A stretch of 25,672 nucleotides of DNA, from positions 1 to 25,672 of the IMG/VR virus record IMGVR_UViG_3300030330_002725. The stretch is one strand, 5' to 3'. This document shows, one piece after another, positions 16,800 through 25,600 of this stretch (positions are counted from its first letter, which is position 1; the number at the start of each line of letters is the position of its first letter). The notes under the pieces are model-generated. The model saw only the letters and a program-made list of their open reading frames with translations, was not told where the DNA came from and did no database searches. A program made the position numbers and the translations under genes. This stretch comes from a virus (lineage: Duplodnaviria; Caudoviricetes).

Positions 16800-16832
16800 C
16801 TAGAAGTAACGTTATAAACAAATAAAGATTAT

Positions 16833-17561
16833 ATGGCTGAATTTAAATTCCCCACAGAAGAGATAGAATTACCTTCAAAAGGTATAGTATATCCTAAAGA
16901 TAACCCACTATCAAGCGGTAAAGTAGAAATTAAATATATGACTGCAAAGGAAGAAGATATTCTTTCTAATCAATCTTATATTCAAAAAGGTATTGTATTA
17001 GATAAATTATTAAAATCTTTAATAGTTAATAAAGATATTAATTTTGATGATATTGTTTTAGGTGATAAAAATGCCATTTTTATTGCTGCTCGTATTTTAG
17101 GATATGGTAAAAATTATGATGTATCAATAAAAGGTATAGAACATACCATTGATTTAACTACATTTGAAAATAAACCATTTGATACTAAAGGATTAGAACA
17201 AGGTATGAATGAATTTAGTTTTACATTACCTAACTCAGGTACTGTATTAACTTATAAATTATTAAATGGTAAAGATGAAAAAGCAATTGATAGAGAAATT
17301 GCGGGTTTAAAGAAAATAAATAAAGAAGCATCCCCAGATAGTACTACTAGATTAAAACATACTATTACATCTGTTGATGGTAAAGAAGACACTAAAGATA
17401 TTAGAGACTTTGTTGATAATTATATGTTAGCACGTGATGCTAGAGCCTTTAGAGAGCATGTTAAAAATACTCAACCAGATGTAGATTTAAATTATGTTTT
17501 AGAAAGCGGGGAGGAGGTAACCGTGCCCATCGGGCTTAACTTTTTTTGGCCTGACATCTAA
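16833..17561 (+). CDS. Baseplate hub/tail assembly chaperone, T4 gp26-like
   Basis: IELPSKG, MTAKEEDIL and GDKNAIFIAARILGYG motifs; ends LNFFWPDI. Lies between tube and tape measure. Confidence 0.75.
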   Translation: MAEFKFPTEEIELPSKGIVYPKDNPLSSGKVEIKYMTAKEEDILSNQSYIQKGIVLDKLLKSLIVNKDINFDDIVLGDKNAIFIAARILGYGKNYDVSIKGIEHTIDLTTFENKPFDTKGLEQGMNEFSFTLPNSGTVLTYKLLNGKDEKAIDREIAGLKKINKEASPDSTTRLKHTITSVDGKEDTKDIRDFVDNYMLARDARAFREHVKNTQPDVDLNYVLESGEEVTVPIGLNFFWPDI

Positions 17562-17847
17562 GGCAGCACCCCTAATCAGGAAAAATTTATTTAAACAAAT
17601 TCACGAAATTGTATTCCACGGTAAAGGTGGATATGATTGGGATACAATCTATAATATGCCTATTTGGTTGCGTAAATTTACATTCTCGGAAATAGAAAAA
17701 TTTTATAATGATGAAAAGGATCAATATGAAAAAGCTAGAAAAGGCAGTAAAAATAATAAAACTTTAATTGATAAAGACGGTAAAGTAAATACCCCCGAAT
17801 TTTTAGAAGCTAGTAAACAATACAAGGGTAAAACAAGTTATAAATAA
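17542..17847 (+). CDS. gp51-like/GT-like extension, probably reached by +1 frameshift from the gp26-like gene
   Basis: The +1 frame is open from 17521 to 17847 and reads FFGLTSKAAPLIRKNLFKQIHEIVFHGKGGYDWDTIYNMPIWLRKF..., with no ATG before 17656. U7 run at 17541-17547. Confidence 0.7.
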   Translation, partial: FFGLTSKAAPLIRKNLFKQIHEIVFHGKGGYDWDTIYNMPIWLRKFTFSEIEKFYNDEKDQYEKARKGSKNNKTLIDKDGKVNTPEFLEASKQYKGKTSYK

Positions 17848-17848
17848 T

Positions 17849-17859
17849 AATATTTATAA
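17849..17859 (+). promoter_or_regulatory. Putative late promoter motif AATATTTATAA upstream of the tape measure gene
   Basis: Intergenic; ATG at 17872. Confidence 0.7.
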
Positions 17860-17871
17860 TAAAATATACCT

Positions 17872-20118
17872 ATGTCTCAAGAACAGGAAAAAAAGAATAG
17901 ACTCCTTAGGGAAGAAATTCAATTAAAACAAAAAAGCAAGGACCTAGATAGGGAAACTGTTAGAGAGAGTGACGAATATAGTTCTCTACTCAGAGAACAA
18001 CTAAAGGGACTACAGGGTATCTCGGCTGAAAAAAGCCAAATTCTCCAAATAGATAGAAGATTAAATAAAGAAATAGCAGATGCTTATGCTTTTGACCAAA
18101 AAATTCTTACAGATAGAAAAGCATTAACTAGTATAAATCAAAAAATAGCCCAACAAGAAAGAGATCAACTTATTTTAAGAACTAAAATGGGCTCTTTAGC
18201 TGGTACAGATTTAGAAAGAAATAGAGCTATTAATAGTGTTATAGGTAAAAGAATATCACAAAGTAAAGAGTTAGTAAAAGGGTTAAAAGAACAAGCAGAT
18301 CTAGCCGAAAAAATAGCTGGTGATTTAGGAGTTAGAACATTTAGAGGAGCAGCAGGTATAGCAGAGGCGTTTGGTTTTAGAGATTTAGCACCGGAATTAG
18401 ATAAAGCTGCAACAGCAGCATCAGAACAGGCTTTAACTAATATGGGCAATAAAGAAGCTAGAGAAGCACTTTTAGATAAGCAGGAAAAATCTAAACTTTT
18501 AGAAGGTTTAGACATTGATATTAATACGGGAAGAGGTATAACTCAAAAAATTGCTAAAGATTTAGGGCTTGAAGGAGGAGTTTTTGGTTCGAAGGCAGGT
18601 AAACAATTAAGGGCTAAAGGTTTAGGTAACCCTAAAGACATAGCTAAACAATTAAGTGGTTTAGCAAAAAGCCAAAGCACATTTTTAGCGGGATTAAAAG
18701 CATTAGGTCCTTTACTTCGAAAAGTATTAGGTCCTTTAGCAATTATATTAGATATAATGTCTATAGATAAAGCTACCGGAGAATTAGCTCAAGGCCTAAA
18801 TATGAGCTATCAGGAAGCTCTACGACTTAAAATGGAATTAACTGATGTAGGATTGCAATCTGGTAATGCTTTTGTTAATTCTAAACAATTAGCAGAAACT
18901 TTACTATCTGTTAATAAAGCTTTAGGTACGTCAGTCCCATTAAGTGGAGAATTAGCTGTACAACTTACAGAAATGAGGGAAATGGCTGGATTCACTAATG
19001 AAGAATTACAAGGCATAGCAGCTATATCATTGGCTACAGGTAAAAGTGCTAATGAAATAACAGGTGAATTTATGGCTCAAGCCAAAATTACAGCTATGCA
19101 AAATGGAGTTCTATTAAATGAAAAAGAATTATTAAAGGATATAGGAAAGGTATCGGCGGCTACTACATTATCTTTTGCTAAAAATCCTAAACTAATAGCA
19201 GAAGCAGTTTCTATGGCTAAATCTTTAGGTATGGAATTATCCCAGGTTGAAGGTATAGCAGATAGTTTATTAAATTTTGAACAATCTATTTCGGATGAAT
19301 TAGAAGCAGAACTATTACTTAATAAAGACATTAATTTAGAAAGAGCTAGACAAGCAGCATTAAATAATAATTTAGCTGTAGTAGCTGAGGAAATTGCAGC
19401 TCAATTTGGTACGGCAGCTGAATTTAGTGAAATGAATAGAATCCAACAGGAATCTATAGCTAAGGCTGTTAATATGAATAGAGAAGATTTAGCTAAAACT
19501 TTATTTGTACAAGAACAACTACGTGGTTTAACAGGAGACCAAGCACAAGAAACTCAAGATTTATTAAATGCTAGAATAAAAGAAGTAGGATTAGCACAAG
19601 CACAAAAAGAATTAGCACAAGATGGTGTTGAAGGTTTAAGACAGCAAGTATCTATGGCTCAAAGATTTACTGCTGTAATGAATAAATTACAAGAATTATT
19701 TGTTAATTTATTTGAACCTTTATTAGTTATATTAGATCCTTTAGTATCATTTATTTCTGGAGTAGCCAAATTAATTGCTATGTTAGAACCATTTATGGGT
19801 ACTATAACAGGTGCTCTTACAGGTTTTGTAGTATCAGGATTTAACCCTGTAGGTGCTTTAGTCGGTGGGTTATTAGGAGCGGGTAGTGATTTAGCTGGAG
19901 CTGGCTTAACATCATCACCTATGATGGGTACATCTCCTAAATTAAATCCAGGCCAATTTATGTCTTCTCCTACATCAACTACTACAACATCTGAAGGTAA
20001 ACTAAAAACAGATAATAGTGATATGATAGCCGAATTAAGAAACATGAATGCATTAATGCAAAAACAGCAAATGAGTCCTGTAGGTCTATACCAAGTATCA
20101 AGGAACGCTACAGTATAA
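17872..20118 (+). CDS. Tail tape measure protein
   Basis: 748 aa, helical and Ala/Leu/Gln/Glu-rich, with a hydrophobic Gly-rich segment near the C-terminus. Canonical position after tube and chaperone genes. Confidence 0.8.
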   Translation: MSQEQEKKNRLLREEIQLKQKSKDLDRETVRESDEYSSLLREQLKGLQGISAEKSQILQIDRRLNKEIADAYAFDQKILTDRKALTSINQKIAQQERDQLILRTKMGSLAGTDLERNRAINSVIGKRISQSKELVKGLKEQADLAEKIAGDLGVRTFRGAAGIAEAFGFRDLAPELDKAATAASEQALTNMGNKEAREALLDKQEKSKLLEGLDIDINTGRGITQKIAKDLGLEGGVFGSKAGKQLRAKGLGNPKDIAKQLSGLAKSQSTFLAGLKALGPLLRKVLGPLAIILDIMSIDKATGELAQGLNMSYQEALRLKMELTDVGLQSGNAFVNSKQLAETLLSVNKALGTSVPLSGELAVQLTEMREMAGFTNEELQGIAAISLATGKSANEITGEFMAQAKITAMQNGVLLNEKELLKDIGKVSAATTLSFAKNPKLIAEAVSMAKSLGMELSQVEGIADSLLNFEQSISDELEAELLLNKDINLERARQAALNNNLAVVAEEIAAQFGTAAEFSEMNRIQQESIAKAVNMNREDLAKTLFVQEQLRGLTGDQAQETQDLLNARIKEVGLAQAQKELAQDGVEGLRQQVSMAQRFTAVMNKLQELFVNLFEPLLVILDPLVSFISGVAKLIAMLEPFMGTITGALTGFVVSGFNPVGALVGGLLGAGSDLAGAGLTSSPMMGTSPKLNPGQFMSSPTSTTTTSEGKLKTDNSDMIAELRNMNALMQKQQMSPVGLYQVSRNATV

Positions 20119-20127
20119 TATTTATAA
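20117..20127 (+). promoter_or_regulatory. Putative late promoter motif AATATTTATAA
   Basis: Overlaps the tape measure stop codon; ATG at 20151. Confidence 0.7.
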
Positions 20128-20150
20128 TAAATTAATTTAAATTAACAATT

Positions 20151-20381
20151 ATGGGATTAAAAGACAAATTAATGAATCAAGGATCAAATTTAAGTGAATT
20201 AAATGGAGAAACTCCAATAACACCTAACTTTCAACAGTCTACTTTACATAAAGATTATTCTTTTGATGGTGTTCCTGAAGCGGAACAAGTTAGACCAAGA
20301 AACGGAGTCTTACCACAACCTTCAACTTTAGATAATCCTAAACCAGATTCAAATAAGTACTTGAATAATTTACCTAACTAA
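20151..20381 (+). CDS. Small Pro/Asn-rich hypothetical protein in the baseplate cluster
   Basis: 76 aa, A-rich start context, own upstream motif. Confidence 0.7.
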   Translation: MGLKDKLMNQGSNLSELNGETPITPNFQQSTLHKDYSFDGVPEAEQVRPRNGVLPQPSTLDNPKPDSNKYLNNLPN

Positions 20382-20390
20382 TAAAATATT

Positions 20391-22337
20391 ATGCCATTAG
20401 TTGATATGCAAACTAACCTTAAGTCTTTAAGGTATGGCAAGGACACAGTTGGGGGTGGTAATAGTAACCAACCTTATGTAACTACTCCTATACCAAAAGA
20501 CTTATCAGACGTAGGTAGAACAGGGGGACCTGATTTTCTTTTACGTGGGGGTACTTTAGTGCCTAATATTGTTATAAGGGATGTTAGTAGATTAACTAAA
20601 ATGTTATTTGACTTTAGGTCACCTAATGGACCTTTATTTATAGCAAAACAAAATGTATTATCTTTAACTAATGTTAACTCATCAGCTGGTGTAGAAAAAT
20701 TTTCTGCAGCAACAGCAGATAAATCAGGTAATTTCTTTCAAAGATTAGGTTCACAAATATCTACATTTTTTCAAAATAATGTAGCAGTAAATCAAGGTAT
20801 TTATACTCCAATAGAAACAATAGTACAAGCAGCTACAGGATTTGCTGGTAATCACGTAATAAAACAAGGATTTAATCCAATAGATAATGTAAATCCAGAT
20901 TTACAACAATCTTATGGTTTTTCTACAAATAGAAATTTACCATTAGCTATGCCTACCTACTTAAGAACTATGTTTCCTCAGGGACCAGGTGGTAGATTTG
21001 ATAATGATGGTGTTAAAAGTAGATTAACTAATTTAGCTACTAGAAAAATATTTGCTGTTAATGCATTTAATGAATTTGAATTATACAGATATGCAGGTGG
21101 TCCTGGTGCTACTTTAGGAGTAGGACAAACAATATTAAATATAACTAAAGAAAACAAAACAGCACAACAAGATAGTAATTTAAATTTTTGGGGCAGCGGA
21201 ATTAACCAGTCAGTAGGTAGAACGGCCCTAACTTACAATCAATTAATAAGTGTACCTAGTTTTGTTAACATTGATGTTGATAGTATTGGAGATGCTATAA
21301 ATCCAGGCCCGCAGCTAAGAATACCAACTGGTAAAGGAGGTACGGCATTACAAAATCCTAATTATCAATTTATATTAGCCCCTAGTGGTTCACAAGAAAT
21401 TCCAGCAACTTTAGGTTTTAGAACTAGAGATAATAAACCTGGAAATGAATTTCATATTGAACAAAGGGTTAATTTAGGAGATCCTGGTAAAAGAGGTAAC
21501 CTATCTAGTTATACTATAGGAAAAAGGGATTTAAATACACCTATATCAGGTTCTGTTTTTAATAATTCCAAAAATGCATTAGATAAATTAAATGCTCTAC
21601 CAGTATATAAATCTTCTTTCGCAGTAGCTGATGCAGTAAAAAATGATTTTGTTAAATTTAGAATAGCAGCTGTAGATAATGATAATCCTAGTCTATCAGA
21701 ATATATTCATTTTAGAGCTTTCATTAATAACTTTTCAGATGACTATCAGGCCCAATGGGAAGCTCAAAAATATATGGGTAGAGGAGAAGATTTTTACAAA
21801 TATGGTGGATTTGGTAGAACAATAAGTGTAGATTGGACTATAGCAGCTCAATCAAAACAAGAGTTAATACCAATGCATCAAAAGATGAATTTTTTAGCTT
21901 CATTATGCGCGCCTGATTATTCTAAAATAGGATATATGAGAGGTAATCTATGTAGACTAACAATTGGTGGTTGGTGTTATGAACAATATGGGATAATTAA
22001 TGGAGTTAATTTTAGTATACCTGATGAATCTCCTTGGGAGATAGCATTACCTGATGCTAATAATTTTACTGTTACTACTGATGGTACTGGAGTAGCATCA
22101 GATAGAAGTGTAAAAGAATTACCAATGATAGTTAATGTAACTGGATTTACATTTACCCCAATACATGACTTTGTACCAAGAAAACAAAATAATGATTACA
22201 GTGGTAGAAACTTAACTAGATATGGTAGACAAAGATATATAGCTTTAGAAAATGATACAAAAGAAAATAATTACACAGGTGGAAATGGTAATTTAAATTA
22301 TTTACAAGAAGCAGCAAATAGAACTAATAATAACTAA
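20391..22337 (+). CDS. Baseplate protein with a probable C-terminal tube-initiator (gp48/gp54-like) domain
   Basis: C-terminal FRAFINNFSDDY...W...YMGRGE.FYKY.GF.RTISVDW...RLTIG pattern suggests a tube-like fold. Followed by a LysM wedge gene. Confidence 0.55.
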   Translation: MPLVDMQTNLKSLRYGKDTVGGGNSNQPYVTTPIPKDLSDVGRTGGPDFLLRGGTLVPNIVIRDVSRLTKMLFDFRSPNGPLFIAKQNVLSLTNVNSSAGVEKFSAATADKSGNFFQRLGSQISTFFQNNVAVNQGIYTPIETIVQAATGFAGNHVIKQGFNPIDNVNPDLQQSYGFSTNRNLPLAMPTYLRTMFPQGPGGRFDNDGVKSRLTNLATRKIFAVNAFNEFELYRYAGGPGATLGVGQTILNITKENKTAQQDSNLNFWGSGINQSVGRTALTYNQLISVPSFVNIDVDSIGDAINPGPQLRIPTGKGGTALQNPNYQFILAPSGSQEIPATLGFRTRDNKPGNEFHIEQRVNLGDPGKRGNLSSYTIGKRDLNTPISGSVFNNSKNALDKLNALPVYKSSFAVADAVKNDFVKFRIAAVDNDNPSLSEYIHFRAFINNFSDDYQAQWEAQKYMGRGEDFYKYGGFGRTISVDWTIAAQSKQELIPMHQKMNFLASLCAPDYSKIGYMRGNLCRLTIGGWCYEQYGIINGVNFSIPDESPWEIALPDANNFTVTTDGTGVASDRSVKELPMIVNVTGFTFTPIHDFVPRKQNNDYSGRNLTRYGRQRYIALENDTKENNYTGGNGNLNYLQEAANRTNNN

Positions 22338-22654
22338 TGGCAAGATATTCAAGAGTACCGGTAACTAGAGAAATAGATAAAAAAGGTAATCTAGGTAAAA
22401 GAAGTATGAATGGAGTAAAATACCCAGAAATACCTTTATCTAGTGAAGATACTTATGTATTTGCGTCTCAAGGTGATAGATTTGATATTTTAGCATTACA
22501 ATATTATGGTGATTCTGATTTATGGTGGGTTATATCAACAGCAAATGGTGAACTTAGACAGGATTCGTACTATTTACCATTAGATAAACAAATTAGAATT
22601 CCAGCTAATGTAGGAGCAGCTGTAGCAGCTTATAATAACTTAAATGGAATATAA
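22337..22654 (+). CDS. LysM-like baseplate wedge protein (gp53 / P2 gpX-like)
   Basis: GDRFDILALQYYGDSDLWWVISTAN...QIRIP is a LysM/gpX signature. TAATG coupling. Confidence 0.85.
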   Translation: MARYSRVPVTREIDKKGNLGKRSMNGVKYPEIPLSSEDTYVFASQGDRFDILALQYYGDSDLWWVISTANGELRQDSYYLPLDKQIRIPANVGAAVAAYNNLNGI

Positions 22655-22656
22655 TT

Positions 22657-25600
22657 ATGGGTTATATAGTAGGGGAAAGATTTGATGATTACGTATTAAA
22701 TCAAATAGTTAGTAGACAAAAAATTCAAGGAGCTGGTTATCTAGGTGGTACTAGAAATGCTAATCAAATGCAACTTTTAACCAATAAAAATGCCTGGTTA
22801 AAATGTGCCTCTTCTGTTTTTGTAGATCCACAATCGGATGATGAAAAATTAGCTCAATTAGATGGTTACAGTAATAAATACCCTAAAGCTGTTTTACCTG
22901 AAAATTTTAATCCTATAAGTTTAGGTGAGGCAAGACTAAGACAAAATAATTTAACACCAGTAGAAGATTTTACTGGTACTCAATTAGCTAGAAAAGCAGT
23001 TTTATTTAATACCTTGTCTGAACTATCTAATAAATCATACTCTCCAAGAAGTGGAGTTACAAACGCTAAATTTAGCAATGAATCAAATAATTTTTGGAAT
23101 CAGGGTAATTCCTATGGTTTAGGAGGTAGTGATTTTGGTCTTAATCCTGCCCCTGGTTTAATTTCTTTTACTGTAAATAGCCAAAATAGAGGTTCCATAA
23201 GAAAAGGAACTTTAACTTTAAAAGCATATAATAAATTTCAATTCCAATTAATAGAACTTTTATATTTAAGATTAGGTTATTCTATGTTAGTAGAATGGGG
23301 ATGGGATAAATATTCCCTTGATGGTGGTAAAACTATAAAAAACACAGGTAATTCTATTATTGAAGACCAATGGTTTAATGATGGTAGTTGCAATAGCCAA
23401 TTAGATATGATTAGATTAATAGATAAATATAGATCTAAATATGGTGGGAATTATGATGGGTTTTTTGGTAGAGTAGAAAATTTTCAATGGGAATTTAATT
23501 CTAATGGTACTTACGACATACAAATATTTTTAGTTACAGTAGGGGCTGTAGTAGAATCTTTACAAGTAACTACAAAAACAGAAGTATTAACTGATAAAGA
23601 ATTAAAAAAATTAACGGCATCATTAGCAGAAAAAGAGGGAGAAAAAGTGGTGGACTCGTCCATAGTATCAAGAGCAGGAGATAACCAACTATCTCAAGAT
23701 TTATTTATAGACATAGCTAGTTCCGATGTATTTAATGGTAGTAATAATAATTATATTAATGTTAGTAGGATTTTTGGGCAAAATATATTTAAAAATGATG
23801 ATAAAGAAAAAAATACTCAAACTTTAAGTAGATATAATTACTTTTTATCTTTTGGTGAATTATTAGATAAAGTAAAAAAATCCTGTATCCCTGTACTAGT
23901 AAACAAATGTGAAACAGCTAATGACCTTATATTAAATATAGATAATGAACCAACAACTAACTTATGTGCTGCTTATCCTAATCAAGTTGCTATAGATCCT
24001 AGAATTTGTATTATTAAACCTATAATACAAGAACCTATAGGAGATAAAATTGAGTTTAACTTATCCCAAGGATGGAGTAAATTGAAACCGTTTGGAACAT
24101 TAGAAAATGTTTCTTTATCAACTAAAACAGGAAACCAGGAATCTACTATTATATATGGTAATATAATGAATATTTATTTAAATTATGAATTTATTTCTCA
24201 ATGTCTATCTAAAGTTAATGTAAAAGGTGAACTTAATTTATATAATTTTCTAACTGATATATGTAATGGGATTAATAAATCCTTAGGATATATTAATAAT
24301 TTAGAGGTTGTTATAGTAGAAGATAAAATAATTAAAATTATAGATCAAAATCCTATAGTTGGTGTGGAAGAATCTAAAGATGCAAGATTTGCTAATAATA
24401 AACCTATACCTAACCCACTATTTGAAATATTTGGTTACAACCCATCTCCTGGAGTAAAAGACCCTAACAACCCAGATAATTTAATTACATCTCCTTTTTC
24501 TAATTTTGTTAAAGACTTTAAATTTACTACTAGAATTAGCCCTGGTACCGCTACTACTATAGCAGTTGGAGCAACGGCAGCTGGTACAAGTACTAAAAAT
24601 TATGATGGTACTGCATTTTCTAAATGGAATGAAGGGTTAATAGATAGATACCAAATGGATGTAATAGATCCACGATTATCTAGGGTAATGAAAGAAATAA
24701 ACGATATAGGATCAAGATTTAATGAATTAGGTTTAAATGTAACTCAAAATATAGATGCTGAATTAGCTATAGCACTATATGATAATTATAATTCATCTAA
24801 AATAGATCTAACAGTCTCGGAAACTTTATCTACTTGGTGGTCATTTGCAAAGGCTGCAGCCTCTAATTATAGTAAATATGCTCCTACAGGAATTGTATCT
24901 GGTGTAATTTCTTATAATAAGAAACAAAGTGAAATTTTAGGTGCTAAGGATACAACTAAAGCTTTAAATGTTGAGTTTAAAGGACCTAGATTTGTTCCTT
25001 CAATAAATGGTTTACCTGATTTTTCAGGTGCTTTTCAATCAGTTACATGGGCAGAATATGTTCAAAAAGTAGAGGACTTTTTAATAGTTAAAAAATCGGA
25101 AGATGCTAAAATAACACTGACTGAATTATTTGATAAATTTAGCACAAATTGGGATTTTTGGATTGCTTCTTCTTTAGGTGGTACATTTAATGGTATAGAA
25201 TTTAAAAATGGTACTGACAATGAACCTACTTATTGGGACTATAATGATATAAACGTAAAAAATGGATTTAATTCCTTTAAAGCTTACATAAATGCCTTAC
25301 ATAATTTTATATACGAAAAATACCGCCAACCTTCCAGTACTATAGGGTTTATACCAGCTGATTTAAATGCTCAATTTGAGGGTTTATCTGGTATTAAAAT
25401 ATATAATGCCTTACAAATCAGACAAGAAATATTACCTCCACAATATCCTGAAACATTAAAATTTTTAATATCAACAGTTGATCATGAAATTTCAGAAAAT
25501 AATTGGACAACATCTATTAATACTTTATCAGTACCTAATATATCATTAGTACCTGGTAAATTTGCATTTGCTGAACTAACTGAAGCTGTTAGATCTTATA

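Noticed and set aside
1593-20045. All minus-strand ORFs in the track (e.g. 1593-1811, 7928-8203, 8321-8641, 18165-18515, 19659-20045)
   Set aside because: They are antisense shadows of well-supported plus-strand genes, with Ser/Phe/Ile-rich composition mirroring GAA/AAA/GAT codons and no recognisable motifs.
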